A DNA stretch of 64,000 nucleotides from Psammoneis japonica. Its lineage: Eukaryota. The notes under the pieces were generated by a model, which ran no database searches, was not told where the DNA came from, and was given only the letters and a program-made list of their open reading frames with translations. The position numbers and the translations under genes are program-made. Below are positions 12,531-23,700 of this stretch, piece after piece. Position 1 is the first letter of the stretch; every line of letters begins with the position of its first letter. Location: the NCBI GenBank assembly GCA_008632985.1, contig QPGO01000005.1, positions 1-64,000 of the forward strand. Reading direction: 5' to 3'.

Positions 12531-12903
12531 TATGACGTTTGGAGACCTACGACGTGTCTTCCGACTCACAATCTGCCCGCTTTCCCAAGTGGTTCTTCTG
12601 AATTCGGATGGGTGGTGGTTCATCCCTGGCTTTTTCTGCTCTCGCATGACTGCTCTGAGAGTTGCGACCCTCTTTTCCTGTTTCTCGATCTTTTGTTAAA
12701 CTTGGCACCAAGTTCCTGGTGGCACTGAATGTTCTCAGCAAAAATGGCCATGCATTCCTCGAACGAGCCACAGCCGAGATCGTTTCTCTGCAAATGAACT
12801 GAGACCTTGATTGCATCAATCCGCTGTTTCGAGTCATTTGTCAAACCCGAAACGTCGTCAAGTCGTTCCAAACAGCGCATCACGAAATGCAAGGATCTCT
12901 CAA
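12531..12903 (-). pseudogene. Deleted copy of the 3' end of the BTB-like gene (source ~31531-31985)
   Basis: MRCLERLDDVSGLTNDSKQRIDAIK...CGSFEECMAIFAENI and RDEPPPIRIQKNHLGKRADCES match the 31546-32613 protein. Carries internal deletions and a frameshift. Confidence 0.92.
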
Positions 12904-13144
12904 TGCTTCATCTGGTGAGACAAAAAAGGACAAATGACAGAAAAGAGTTCTTCTTGGCGTGAGCAATCGATCCTGTATTGAGGACAGTTCTTCATTCTGC
13001 AGCAATGTAAGCAATTGTTGACAGAACCACGACCATTATATTGCGATCTTAGTCTTCCATACTAAAACCTGTATCGACTCTGCCCCAGTGTTCAAAAATT
13101 GGTTTCCTTGTCCTTGTAGATTTGACTCGCCGCCACGACAAACT

Positions 13145-13855
13145 ATGCTAGGGTATAAAGCTTGTCGGAGTGTTGCCCTTTCGAAACTAAACGTGTCGCA
13201 ACACATCGCTGCAAAGACGAGCATTGTGCTGAACGCCGCCAATCACGTAATTATCGAGAGCCTCCACCTCCACCGACCCATGTACAGCTTCTTGGCGGTC
13301 GTTGGGTGAATACGAAATCACCTTGGAAAGCATTGTATCGTAGAGAGGCGTCACGACAAAGGCACTTGTGACACCCGGATCGACACAGACAGGGCTACCA
13401 GGAATATTCGCAGCGGGTGTGCGTGGAAAGAGTTTGAGAAGAGTACCTTGTGAGTTATGAACAACTGCACAAATAACAGCATATCATTCCGTACTCATCT
13501 TCTGCATAAATTCTTGCTTCGAGCGCATTTTCAAATTTGTGTGGCATAAAGACGTGAGTTTATTGTCCAGATGGCGGCTTACATTCTTAGGGCAAACCCC
13601 AACCGGCACCCGCATACAGCATACCCTTCACGAAATCGACGTTGTGAATTGTGAAGACACGGCTTCAGTAAAACGGGATGTTCCACCTGAAGGCGATTGT
13701 TCATTTCCATGAAGTGAAAGTCCTGTTGTTCATCGTTCATCCACCGAAAACTCGACTGCACTGGCACTGGTGTAATCCACCTCCTCGATAAACTTGACGA
13801 CTTGTTTCATCATGGCCTCACGTGTTGACGGCAACAACAGACAGGATGGCGATGC
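13145..13855 (-). pseudogene. PCCA: Biotin carboxylase-domain pseudogene fragment, most like propionyl-CoA carboxylase alpha
   Basis: Manual translation across frames: SPSCLLLPSTREAMMKQV...AVEFSVDE / FHFMEMNNRLQVEHPV / VDFVKGMLYAGAGWGLP* / ALEARIYAED / VCVDPGVT...TPLYDTMLSKVISY...ALDNYVIGGVQHNARLCSDVLRH*FRKGNTPTSFIP*. Multiple stops and frameshifts. Confidence 0.85.
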
Positions 13856-14400
13856 TCATGTATCAATTCAAAGGGCCTGTTCGGACATTCGCCTGTGATT
13901 GGGTGCCTGTCCTAAATCGTCCGCGTCTCTCTCGCTCAACAAGGCTGTATTCATGATATAGACGCAACAGGCAAGAAGGATTGGCGGGATTGGTGTGTGG
14001 TTGGGTCCCTCGTCCAGTGACACACACTCTTCCGACCGTGCCATTTCATGGTCCAATTCTTATGAAACCGCAAAGCAGTGGTTGGCGAGTATTTAAAGTA
14101 GAAAGGGCTCTTTGTTGACTTGTTGTCACGAGCGTGTATGTAAAAGTACGGTACTTTTTCTTTTCTACAATGAGCGGTCGATAGAGCATCTCTAGAGAGC
14201 ACACGTTTTGCTGATGACAAATATATTTTAAAACGCTTTTGCCGGAGCAGTAGCAACTAAAGTAGAATCGTAGATTGAAATATGTTTTGCAAGGAGCACT
14301 GCGGTTGCAACCCACATTTCTCAAAGAAAGCCAAGTAATTTCTCTAGGGTAGATAGCCAAGTAGATGTTTCGATTCATGTAACACAAAGCATGCAGGAAC

Positions 14401-15813
14401 CTATCTAGAGTTTTGGGTCCGAAATTCGCGGAATGTGACTGGAACATAAAAGAGTGGACGATGCGGCGGAATCGGTTCCAGGTCGTTCGACTCTTGTGTT
14501 GGCAATGGTCGTCCAACCTGATACTCAGATACTTGCTGTCCAGAAAGGGCAACAGGAATAATATCCAGGATTATGGGAATTGTCGGTCTGCATAATGGTG
14601 CATGATTAGAAGTGCCATTGTTTGTAGTAAGCGTTGGACTCGGTACTGCTGATTTCGGGACGAAGTACGGGGTGCCGTAGTTAGATATTACCGTCGTGAA
14701 GGTGGCATTTCCACTCTGGTTTTTTGTAGCTACTTGATCTTGGGGGAGGGTGCTGCTACTGCCATAGGCAAGATCCATCGTAACTGTTGGTTCGGCAGCA
14801 ACAGTTGGTGCTTCTGAGACAATCCCGCCTTGGAAAAGCGTGCTTGCAAAGTCTGTCTTGCATGGTCGTTGGGCGATCTGGGGAAACACATCAGAAGGAA
14901 CCTTGTCGAACTCGGAGCATTGCATTTGCTGTTGCAATGTCGACACGGTAAGTTCTCGTTCGGTTGGTTTGTTGACAAAATGAAACAGCTCTCCCGATAC
15001 TTTCACACCGGTCTTCCTGCCATCTACAGGCATAGAAGTTCGTACTACAGGAGGCAGTTCGTAGAAATCTGGTTCTAATCCCAAGAATCGGGCTTGACTT
15101 GGGGTCCGTTTAGCTCGTCGTGGCTGACGAGCAATGTCACAACAGAGATCTACTCTATCACGCAAGAAATTTGGATGGTAGTATGCCCCCTTATCTGGTC
15201 CGTGCTTCATTCGCACAAAGCCGTACGCCTGGAGCTGTCGCAAGAAAGATGCCATTTTGGTTTGATTGAAGTACCATTGGATGATGTTCATCTCAAAAGC
15301 ATCCTTGTCATGCACTTTGAAAGCTCTTCCATGAGGTCGCCAAGATGCAATGTTCTCCATACCCGACTTTTCCAAGTCACTCAAGAGCCCATGAAGGACC
15401 AGAGGAAATGGCTCATTGGCTCTCGTTTGCAGAGACATTGTTGTTGGATCAACAAGTCGTTCGCCATGATTAAATTCGGCTTCGGCCTCAAATGGGGCCA
15501 GTGGCTGGTGATTCACGAATGCATCATTGTCAGGGTTCTCTTCCCTCCTCGTCTTTTCTGCGTCGTCCTCTGGATCCGAACCGAGAAGACCATCAAAAAA
15601 TGACTCCATTGTTTGATCTTCCGCAAGATACTTTAACATCAAGTCACCGAGTGAAACTGGAGAGCTGCTTCTAGAAGTGGGAAGAGCAGCCGTCACGGCG
15701 GGCTCCTCGTTCATGCTCGCTTGATCATTCAAAATCATGCAGCTGTTGTCCTCTGCCGAAGTGTCACAAATGGCCTGAACATTGTGGCGCAAGGCATCTC
15801 CACACTTTTTCAT
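14401..15813 (-). CDS. Heat-shock transcription factor (HSF DNA-binding domain protein)
   Basis: FPLVLHGLL...SWRPHGRAFKVHD...YFNQTKMASFLRQLQAYGF...GPDKGAYYHPNFLR. First in-frame ATG at 15813; true start uncertain. Confidence 0.92.
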   Translation of the reverse strand: MKKCGDALRHNVQAICDTSAEDNSCMILNDQASMNEEPAVTAALPTSRSSSPVSLGDLMLKYLAEDQTMESFFDGLLGSDPEDDAEKTRREENPDNDAFVNHQPLAPFEAEAEFNHGERLVDPTTMSLQTRANEPFPLVLHGLLSDLEKSGMENIASWRPHGRAFKVHDKDAFEMNIIQWYFNQTKMASFLRQLQAYGFVRMKHGPDKGAYYHPNFLRDRVDLCCDIARQPRRAKRTPSQARFLGLEPDFYELPPVVRTSMPVDGRKTGVKVSGELFHFVNKPTERELTVSTLQQQMQCSEFDKVPSDVFPQIAQRPCKTDFASTLFQGGIVSEAPTVAAEPTVTMDLAYGSSSTLPQDQVATKNQSGNATFTTVISNYGTPYFVPKSAVPSPTLTTNNGTSNHAPLCRPTIPIILDIIPVALSGQQVSEYQVGRPLPTQESNDLEPIPPHRPLFYVPVTFREFRTQNSR

Positions 15814-16779
15814 TAGCACTGGTGGACAAGCTGAGTGCACGCCATCAGGGTCGATGTTGTCTTTCGAATTGTAACCTCTTCGTCACTACTGTAGGGCTAG
15901 TGGTACCATGTTGCATGAAGACCAGGCACTAGGGCCCTACAGTACTTACTCTAGCTGGGTGTTTTCAATGAACTTGGATTTGTGATGTGTGTGCGGCGGT
16001 CATCCCGTAGAAACTCCACAGTTCTGTACGGTACGACAGACTACTACATAGACTCAGACATAGACTGCGTCAGTACAGTACATAGAATGTTCTACTTGAC
16101 CGGCATTTCTGGGGGAAATGGTGGACATTTATGTAATCATCTGTTTGTCTCAAACAAGACGCAGCATAAATGTGGGGCCAGCCACAGTGGAATGGAGAGG
16201 GTCATTCCTACATCATCACACATCATGGACAGTGGATCACTCTCAGGTTCATCCGGTCCACTGTGGCGGCACCCCAATTCTTACAGTGTGTGAAAATGAC
16301 CCTTTTTCCTCTGCTGCACAATGAATCTGGATGGGGTCATTTGATCTCTTGAAAGCGACTGGGTGACACATCGTGGCAACGTGGGTGGCCTGGCATGCAA
16401 CGGAGCACCAAACACCGCCAGCTGCTGCCAACTCTGATGTTTGTCAGCCATCAGTGCCCTCAAATCCTCCCTCCCTGCTGCAAGCCAAATGGCGCTTGGG
16501 GGGCAAAAATGGCCTGAAAATGCTGTGTGTGACCAGTGTGTCCAAAAATTGAAAAATGTGCAGGTGGGTGGGCAGCCAATGACCTCTGGTGGCAGTGGAG
16601 AGCCGGCGACAATGCAGGCTGGCCCACGAACAGAAGCAAGGGCAGTGCACAACCCAGCAGCAAGAAAAAAGCCTGCAAATCATCAAAATTCTCAAGGAGG
16701 TTTTGGCTGCATCTTGTTGACAGAGTTCTCTGCAACTGAGCTGGCGCCCTCCAAAGCCACTGTGTTGTTGCCTCAAATT

Positions 16780-17780
16780 TGTTGATGAACAAGTTGTGGC
16801 TGTTGGGCTTCTGAGCTGACAACTGCTGCTGTGGCCACTGTTGCTCTGCTTGCCACTCTGACAGAGCAACAGCTGCTGGCTGCTGTGGCGGTTGCGTGGC
16901 TCCTGCAGCCGGGTGGCAATTTGGAGATGCAGTGCCAGCCAGGTGACCAGCGCAGGGGCAGCACAGCACTGCTGCTGCAGCTGTTGCTGTCGGCACCTGC
17001 CACAACCACTGCCACAACTGCCACAACCTGTGACTCTGGTGGAACAACTGCCACTGCTGCTGCAGTGACTCCTGTGGCTGGGTGACAAAGGGGGGTGCTG
17101 TGCTCTGGCCAGGCGACAAGTGGCAAGTGTGGAGATGTGCCACGCACCACTGCTGCTGCCCCCCCCCCCCCCCCCCAACCACTGCCGCAACTGGCTGCTG
17201 CTGTGACAATCACTGCTGCAACTGTTGGCACCTGAGACTTCTCTGGCAGGGCAACAAAAACTGCCGCTGCTGCAGCTGTGGCGATTCCCATGGTCGGGTG
17301 ATGAGAAGGGGGTGCAGTGCTGGTTTTGGGTGATGAGAAGGGGACAAGCCACCACTTCTGCAACTGCTGCTGCTGTGACCAACTGCTGCCACACATGTTG
17401 CCACTTGTGACTTTGGTGGGGTGACAACAACCACCACTGCTGTGACTGCCACATCAACTCTTCCGCAGTCAGGTGAGACAAGGGGGGGTTGCAGCACGGG
17501 TCAGGTGATGAGAAGGGGATGCACTGCTGCTGCTGCAACCACTGCTTCCCCAACAACTGCCACTGCTGTGACCATCAACTGCTGCAGTCATTGCCACTTG
17601 CAACTCTGGTGAGTTGACAACCACTGCTGCAACTGCCACAATGATTCTTGCAGACAGACAATGAGAAGGGCACTGTCAGGTGATGAGAAGGGGATGTTCC
17701 ACCACTGCTGAAACTGCTGTTCCGCCCCGATGGTGATTCCCAGCCGGGTGATGAGAACTGGAGCTGCTGCTGCTGCAAGG
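16780..17780. repeat. Low-complexity (CTG/CCACTGCTG) region with recurring GGTGATGAGAAGGG motif
   Basis: Motif or near-match at about 17297, 17329, 17504, 17660, 17679 and 17747, within CTG/ACTGCC-rich sequence. Confidence 0.7.
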
Positions 17781-20372
17781 AGTTTGTGTGCTTGGACTGC
17801 TTGGTGGTTGCTTCTTGGCCACTCTCATTTTGGCTTTTGTGGAGGCTGTGTTGCTTGCCAGTTGGGCATGACTCTTTTTGTGTTGTCTTCCACACCTTGT
17901 CCATTGGCAGCAGTGGCTGCTGCATTCCATGACACTCATTTCCAGCAGAGGTTTTGGACTGATGCTTTGCTGGTGCATCAACACATGCTCCTCTGATTGC
18001 CTTGAGCTCAGCTTCTCAACAAGGTGAGGATCAGAGTTGCATGCACTGCACGTGGCTTCACAGATTGCTTGCACTGCCTGACATGCCATGTGTTTTTCAC
18101 TTCATTCCAGCAGAGACTTTGTTGCATGTGTTTTCATTGTGTGTCCATGAAGCTGGCCTTGCCAATGTCTTCCTCTCCCTCCTCTGCTCCACAGGATGAT
18201 TCGGCCATTGTTTGAGATTGTGGTTTGTGAAAGAGAGCCTTGCACACTCATCTAAACTGGGGGACAATGCCAATGGACACATCAACATTGGAGCCCAAAG
18301 CTGGTGCTCCTGCCTTTGCCCAAAATGTGCCTTGATGAAGCTTTGGAGGCATTGAGGGCAGTGCTGGTTCAAAATGATCCCACCCATGCATGGTCATGTG
18401 CTGTCCGATGTCAAGATCCGGACAGATTTTTTGGGCTGAATCTGTCAAAAGAGTGGGACCCGCCCTTTCATTCTCAAAGCACAGGCCAAATGCTTTGTCA
18501 AAATGCTTGTCACTCTTCAAGAAGGCTGTGCAGCATGGCTCATCATGCCAATGAACGTCAACATCTTCAGGCTTTGGAAAGCACCTTGCAAGACGACCAC
18601 ACAGATGCAAGCACACAGGTCATGCCCCCCCCATTCTCCTCTTGCTGTCCACAACATGAGCACATCAGACAGAATTTGTCACTGACTTGACAGATTTTGA
18701 TGATGACACAAGTCCATCAAACCTCAACCAAATGGTGCTTGGCAACAGATTTGAAAATCATTTGGATCCACCAGCAGCAAGTGAGCCTGGTGGCATTTCC
18801 ACTTTACCCAAAACTTGCCAACAGATTCTCTCCACAAATGGTCATGGATTGACTGCATTTGCACAAGCTGGCAAGCTTGCTGCTGCAGCAAGCTGTGGCA
18901 CAAAAAACTCTGGAACAACAAATGTGTGCAGAAGCAGCACCAGGGCCCCAGCAGAAATGCCACAAAAGTCCGGAATTTTGTAATTTTTTGACATCCCTGG
19001 TGCTGATTCCATGACAGATTCTACGCAGTTTGTTGATGTTCCAGACTTTTTGACATTTCTGCTGAGGCCCTGGTGCTGTTTCCATGGAAATTTGTTGTTC
19101 CAGAGCTCTTTTGCAAGGTGGCAAGCTGTCAGACTGTGACACAATGGAGCAAGCTCTTCCTTTTCCAAGTTTGTTGGCAAGCTGTCCATTGCCTTTGCTG
19201 CCTTTTGCTCTTTGGGTTGGCTCTCATGTCAGAAACTCTGCATTGGACAAAGCAGCTTTTTGCAATGCTCTGATTTGCTTTGGCGCCCAGTGTGTGGTGC
19301 TTGATGGCCCCACCCTCAACTTCAGATGAGTTTGATGTTCATGTGCTTTTGCATTTGGCAAGCTTCTCAAAACACAGCCACATTTGTGTTTTGATTGCAA
19401 TGCACACATCATGAGCAAAGTTTGCATCAAAATTGTTTCATTGACTCCTTGTTGCAGCCAACAAAGCAAAAGTTTTCAAAAGCACGTGCTCATGTGTGGC
19501 ATCTCCAGCTTGTCTTCCAACCCTGCATCTGTTGTTCACAACAATGGAGTGTTCTTTGTTGCCTCCAATGCTGGATGTCCCACCAAGCTGGCATCGTTGC
19601 TGACACACAGCAGCACTGTCTTGTTCTTTAGCCACATTTGTGCAACTCCATGGTGAAGGCACAGCCTGTGGCCACCTTGGAACCACTGGTTTTGACTTTC
19701 ACAGGGGCCACAAAGCTTGTTGTCATTGTTGTTTGTCATGAGTTGGTTTTGGGCAGCAAATGAAGGATGGTCTGTGGTTGGAACAACCAACACCAACCAA
19801 GCATTGTTGCCTGCATGAGCCCCCCTTTTCACACTGAAAAAGAGAATTGACAATGAAAATGAGAGCTGAGGTCAGCTGCACATGCAAAATTTTTGAGTTT
19901 TGTGCATTGTGGTTGCATCCACTGATGCCAAGTCTTGAAGCTTTGGGGAGCCCACATCTGGGAGGAACTTGGTGCTTGCACAGCAACAGGCCCTGGCACC
20001 ATCTTCCCACTGGGGTTGCATGATGCTGATGATCTGGTGAGAGGAAGGGATTCTCAAGCCTCTCAAGCAATGCTCATTCTTGCAGCTACAAATCCACTTG
20101 CTTCAAAGTGAGTGTGGCTTCTGCCACTTGTCTGAGAGTCATGACATGATCATTTGCAAGGTTGCTTGAGCTTCTTTGCAAAACAACCCATTGCACAATG
20201 CCACGAAAGGTGTGGGGCAATGGCTTGCTCAAGGCACGGCTTGAGACATTTGCATTTTTTCTCCTTTTTTGTGATCCAACAGGAGAACTTGTTCTGGAGT
20301 CTTAAAAAGGCAAGACTTGGCATCAGCATTTGCAATTCTCACACTGAGTGCGTCAATCATGTGTGCCCACCA

Positions 20373-20606
20373 AGTCACGACTCAACGTCATTCTGGTCGC
20401 ATCTCACGACCACAACCCAGACTCAGATTTTCTCTTCAAAACAATTGGCTCATCACAAAATCGATTCAAACAGAAGCAACGACATTCGTCATAATTTCTA
20501 GACAACGACTTTCAACAAGCGTCTGTTTACCTCTGTCGCTGTTCACATTGCTGCCAACCTCCGAGGTCTCATCCATCCTGCTCAGCTGCAGGACTGTATC
20601 TCGACT
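20373..20606 (+). repeat. 5' LTR (234 bp, AGTC...GACT)
   Basis: Direct repeat of 27372-27605; preceded by TSD CACCA. Confidence 0.95.
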
Positions 20607-20768
20607 GGTTGTAGAGACCAATTTACGCGTTGACGAGAGCTCCTGACCGAGTCATCGTCACGGACGCTTTCGGTTTTTGATTTTGAAGCAAACCCGGGAA
20701 ACAGCTGAGTCTCTCTCGCTTCTCTCGTCTTCACTCTAACAAGAACCTCCCATGCTGCACTCTCTGTC

Positions 20769-23700
20769 ATGGCTGCCATCGACCCAGATGTTCTGGCGAA
20801 GGCGTTTGCCGATGCAATGGCCGCTGACGCCGCGGCGACCGCTCATCCGGCTCCAACCAAGCCGTTACGTGGTGGAATTCACCCAACCCACGGGGTTTAC
20901 ATTGGTGGTTCCAAACTCAACAACAACTACGAACAATCCAACGATAGAACCTGCCGATTCGCCTCTCAGCGCCGTCATCCCAAGGCTCTCGACTCGATAG
21001 AACGATCTCTCCGCGATCAACAAGCTTCCGCAATGACTTCCAAGTTCAACGGTCGACTTGAGATTTCGGACGGTCCCATCAACGAGCTTGACAAGGACCA
21101 TTTCGTCAAGACTGTTCGAGATCTAGTAGAAGCCCACGGTCAGCAGACGTTCTACCATGTCAAGGACAGCGACGACAAGGTCCAACATGTCTTCGACCAT
21201 CTTCACGAGTTTGCTGTGACCGATCTCGTGAACGAGTACACGGCCAGGAAAGCAGCTGCCGATGACACCAAGTACGACGAGATCGAGCTCGACGATGTCG
21301 GGCTCTCTCAACTTCTCGTTCACTCAAGAATCACTAACACCTTTCGCGAGAAAATCGAGACCAAGTTCAACCATCTTTTGGACTGCCAAGACTACCCTGG
21401 ATCTGTTCCATTCATGATGGCTCTCGATGCTTGCAATGCCAGCGCTCTAACGGACATTGAGACGGCTGAGAAGCAGCTAGAAGACCTTGGTTTGGTTGAC
21501 TGTCCCGGCGAGGATTGCACGGACTTTGCTGCCGAAGCTCTTCGCATCGTGAAAATTATGCAGACCGACTGCGCGCTTCCGGCGAACACAAGCTCCAAGC
21601 TGCTCCACAAGATCTCCTCTACGTCCTCTGAATGCTTCAATCGCCGAGTCTACAACAAGCTCGACGACGTCAAGGCTATGGAACGCAAGCACCGCCTCAA
21701 GAATCCTGCTGACATCGTGTCCGACAGCGATTGCAGAACGCTCGGACCGGTCGGTGTCATTGCGTGGATTCAAGAGCAACACAACGAACTCGTGAAGGAC
21801 GGGGAATGGCCTGCATTAGTCGCCAAGCTACCCGAGAGTAATCTTTCGACTACGGACAACCCTGGGAAGACGAAGCACTGTTGTGGTTGCGGTCTCGAGG
21901 GGTGCACCAAGAAGACGTGTCCGAAGTGCAACGCCAAACCGCCGCGCGATGATCCTCCTCCCAATCCGCCGCCTGCAGACGACCCTTCCAAGAAGAAGAG
22001 GCGACCCATCGCTGTCTGGCGCACTAAATTTGACGGAGAAACGAAGAAGGATAAGAATGGCAAGGAATGGAAGTGGTGTGCCACGTGCAAGGCGAAGGGT
22101 GCCGACAAACCTGGAATCCACCAGAAGCACTCTACCGCGGAACATGCCGACGACCGCAGGCAACCTCCCAAGGAGACCCCAGCCGGGAATTTGTCTTCCG
22201 TTGCTGATCCAGATAGTGGCGTGCCCATGGGTCCGCCCGCTCAGACTACCAAGGCACCAGAGGGAGACGAATCCGACCCCAACGAGTTGGTTTTCACGGG
22301 AATGTGGTGCGCGGCTACGGATCCCGTTACCGACCCGGATTTCTGTTCCGCCCCTGTCACTGCTGCAATTGTTGTTACTCCGGCTTCTTCGGCCGAGAGG
22401 GAGAGCGACACAGTCGTTAGTGCTGAGGTGGTTTGCATCGAAACGAGCCCACCTGCACTCACCTCAGTCGTGGATCCAGTCGTGTCTCCCATCGTGGTTG
22501 AGACTGTCACTCCCGAAGACGCCGATGACTTCTACGAATGCTCCGACGCTTTCTCTACCTTTGAAAACGAACCACCGGCTGTTGAGTTGTTTCCGGCCTC
22601 GAAGCTGTACTCCATCAAGCATCCAGATGAGTTCTTTGACGCTCCCGCACATTTGACGGATGTGCTGTCAGACGACACCAAGTTAGATCTCATCCTTGAA
22701 CACGACGCACACTTTGAAGACGCATGCTACGACTTGCCTCCGTGTGTTACGTATCGTGGCTTCGATTTCTACGATCCAGAGGTCCTGGACACGGATGATT
22801 GTCACGAGGACGTCGAAGACGAGCCCACTTCGCGTCGCTCACTCTTGGGTCGAGTCAAGCCACTCACATTCTGGCTCGCCGCCATGTTTTGGGAAACGGT
22901 GCTACATCTTTGCTTTGCTCCGATCCCATGTGTTCCTCGAGCTCTACGCCGCCAGCGCAAACTCCCAACTTTGCACGGGTTTCCAGCCTCCTGGATGGTC
23001 CCATCCATTGCAGTGATGGCATGGTCAGCAGTTTACGCCGGTCAACAGCCCGAGCATCCCTTCTCGCACGTGCCAAGTCGTTTTTCGACCGCCAGCTCTC
23101 AAGTCTACCACATTGTGGAAGAGCTGGATGACCGGATAGTGCCAGATGCGGGGTCACTGTTCGAACATCACAGGATCAAAGGCACGCAGGTGCTCACCGA
23201 GTTTGTCACGCGCCATCCGTCACACGCACTGAGCACTCGTCTCAAGGCCTGCTGGGAGAGCCCAGAAGTGGCTGAACGGTCTGATGCGATAGACGAATCA
23301 GCCTTCTTTGACACCTGTGAGGAACTGGAACCTCTCGACGACCAGAAGCATTTCTTTGACGCTCTTGAGGACTTCAGCCCGGATTTCTTCCGGTTTGACG
23401 AGCTCTGTCTGCCGCATCACATCGTGGACACCACCCATTTTCAAGATCCTGTGGAGCCATTGGAGGAAGCAAGTGTTAGACCAGTCGTCTGTGATGCCTC
23501 CACCATCCAACCACTCACCGGACAATCACAAGCCGACCTCCTTGCATCCGATCCGCAGGCACTCATCGGTCTGTCGGACGAGGCTCTCACGGTCGTCATG
23601 GATGCTGGTGCCACGTTAGCTGTCACCCCCGATGAAGATGATTTTACGGGGCCTGTGACTGTTCCCAAGAAACCCTTACAGATCAATGGGATTGCCAACG

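Noticed and set aside
6782..17176. Long G/C homopolymers (~6782, ~11329, ~17159) as functional G-quadruplexes
   Set aside because: Simple runs in decayed repeats with no supporting evidence; run lengths are unreliable.
16444..17556. 370-aa Q/C/S-rich ORF as a protein
   Set aside because: Translation of a low-complexity CTG/CAG repeat in stop-depleted DNA.
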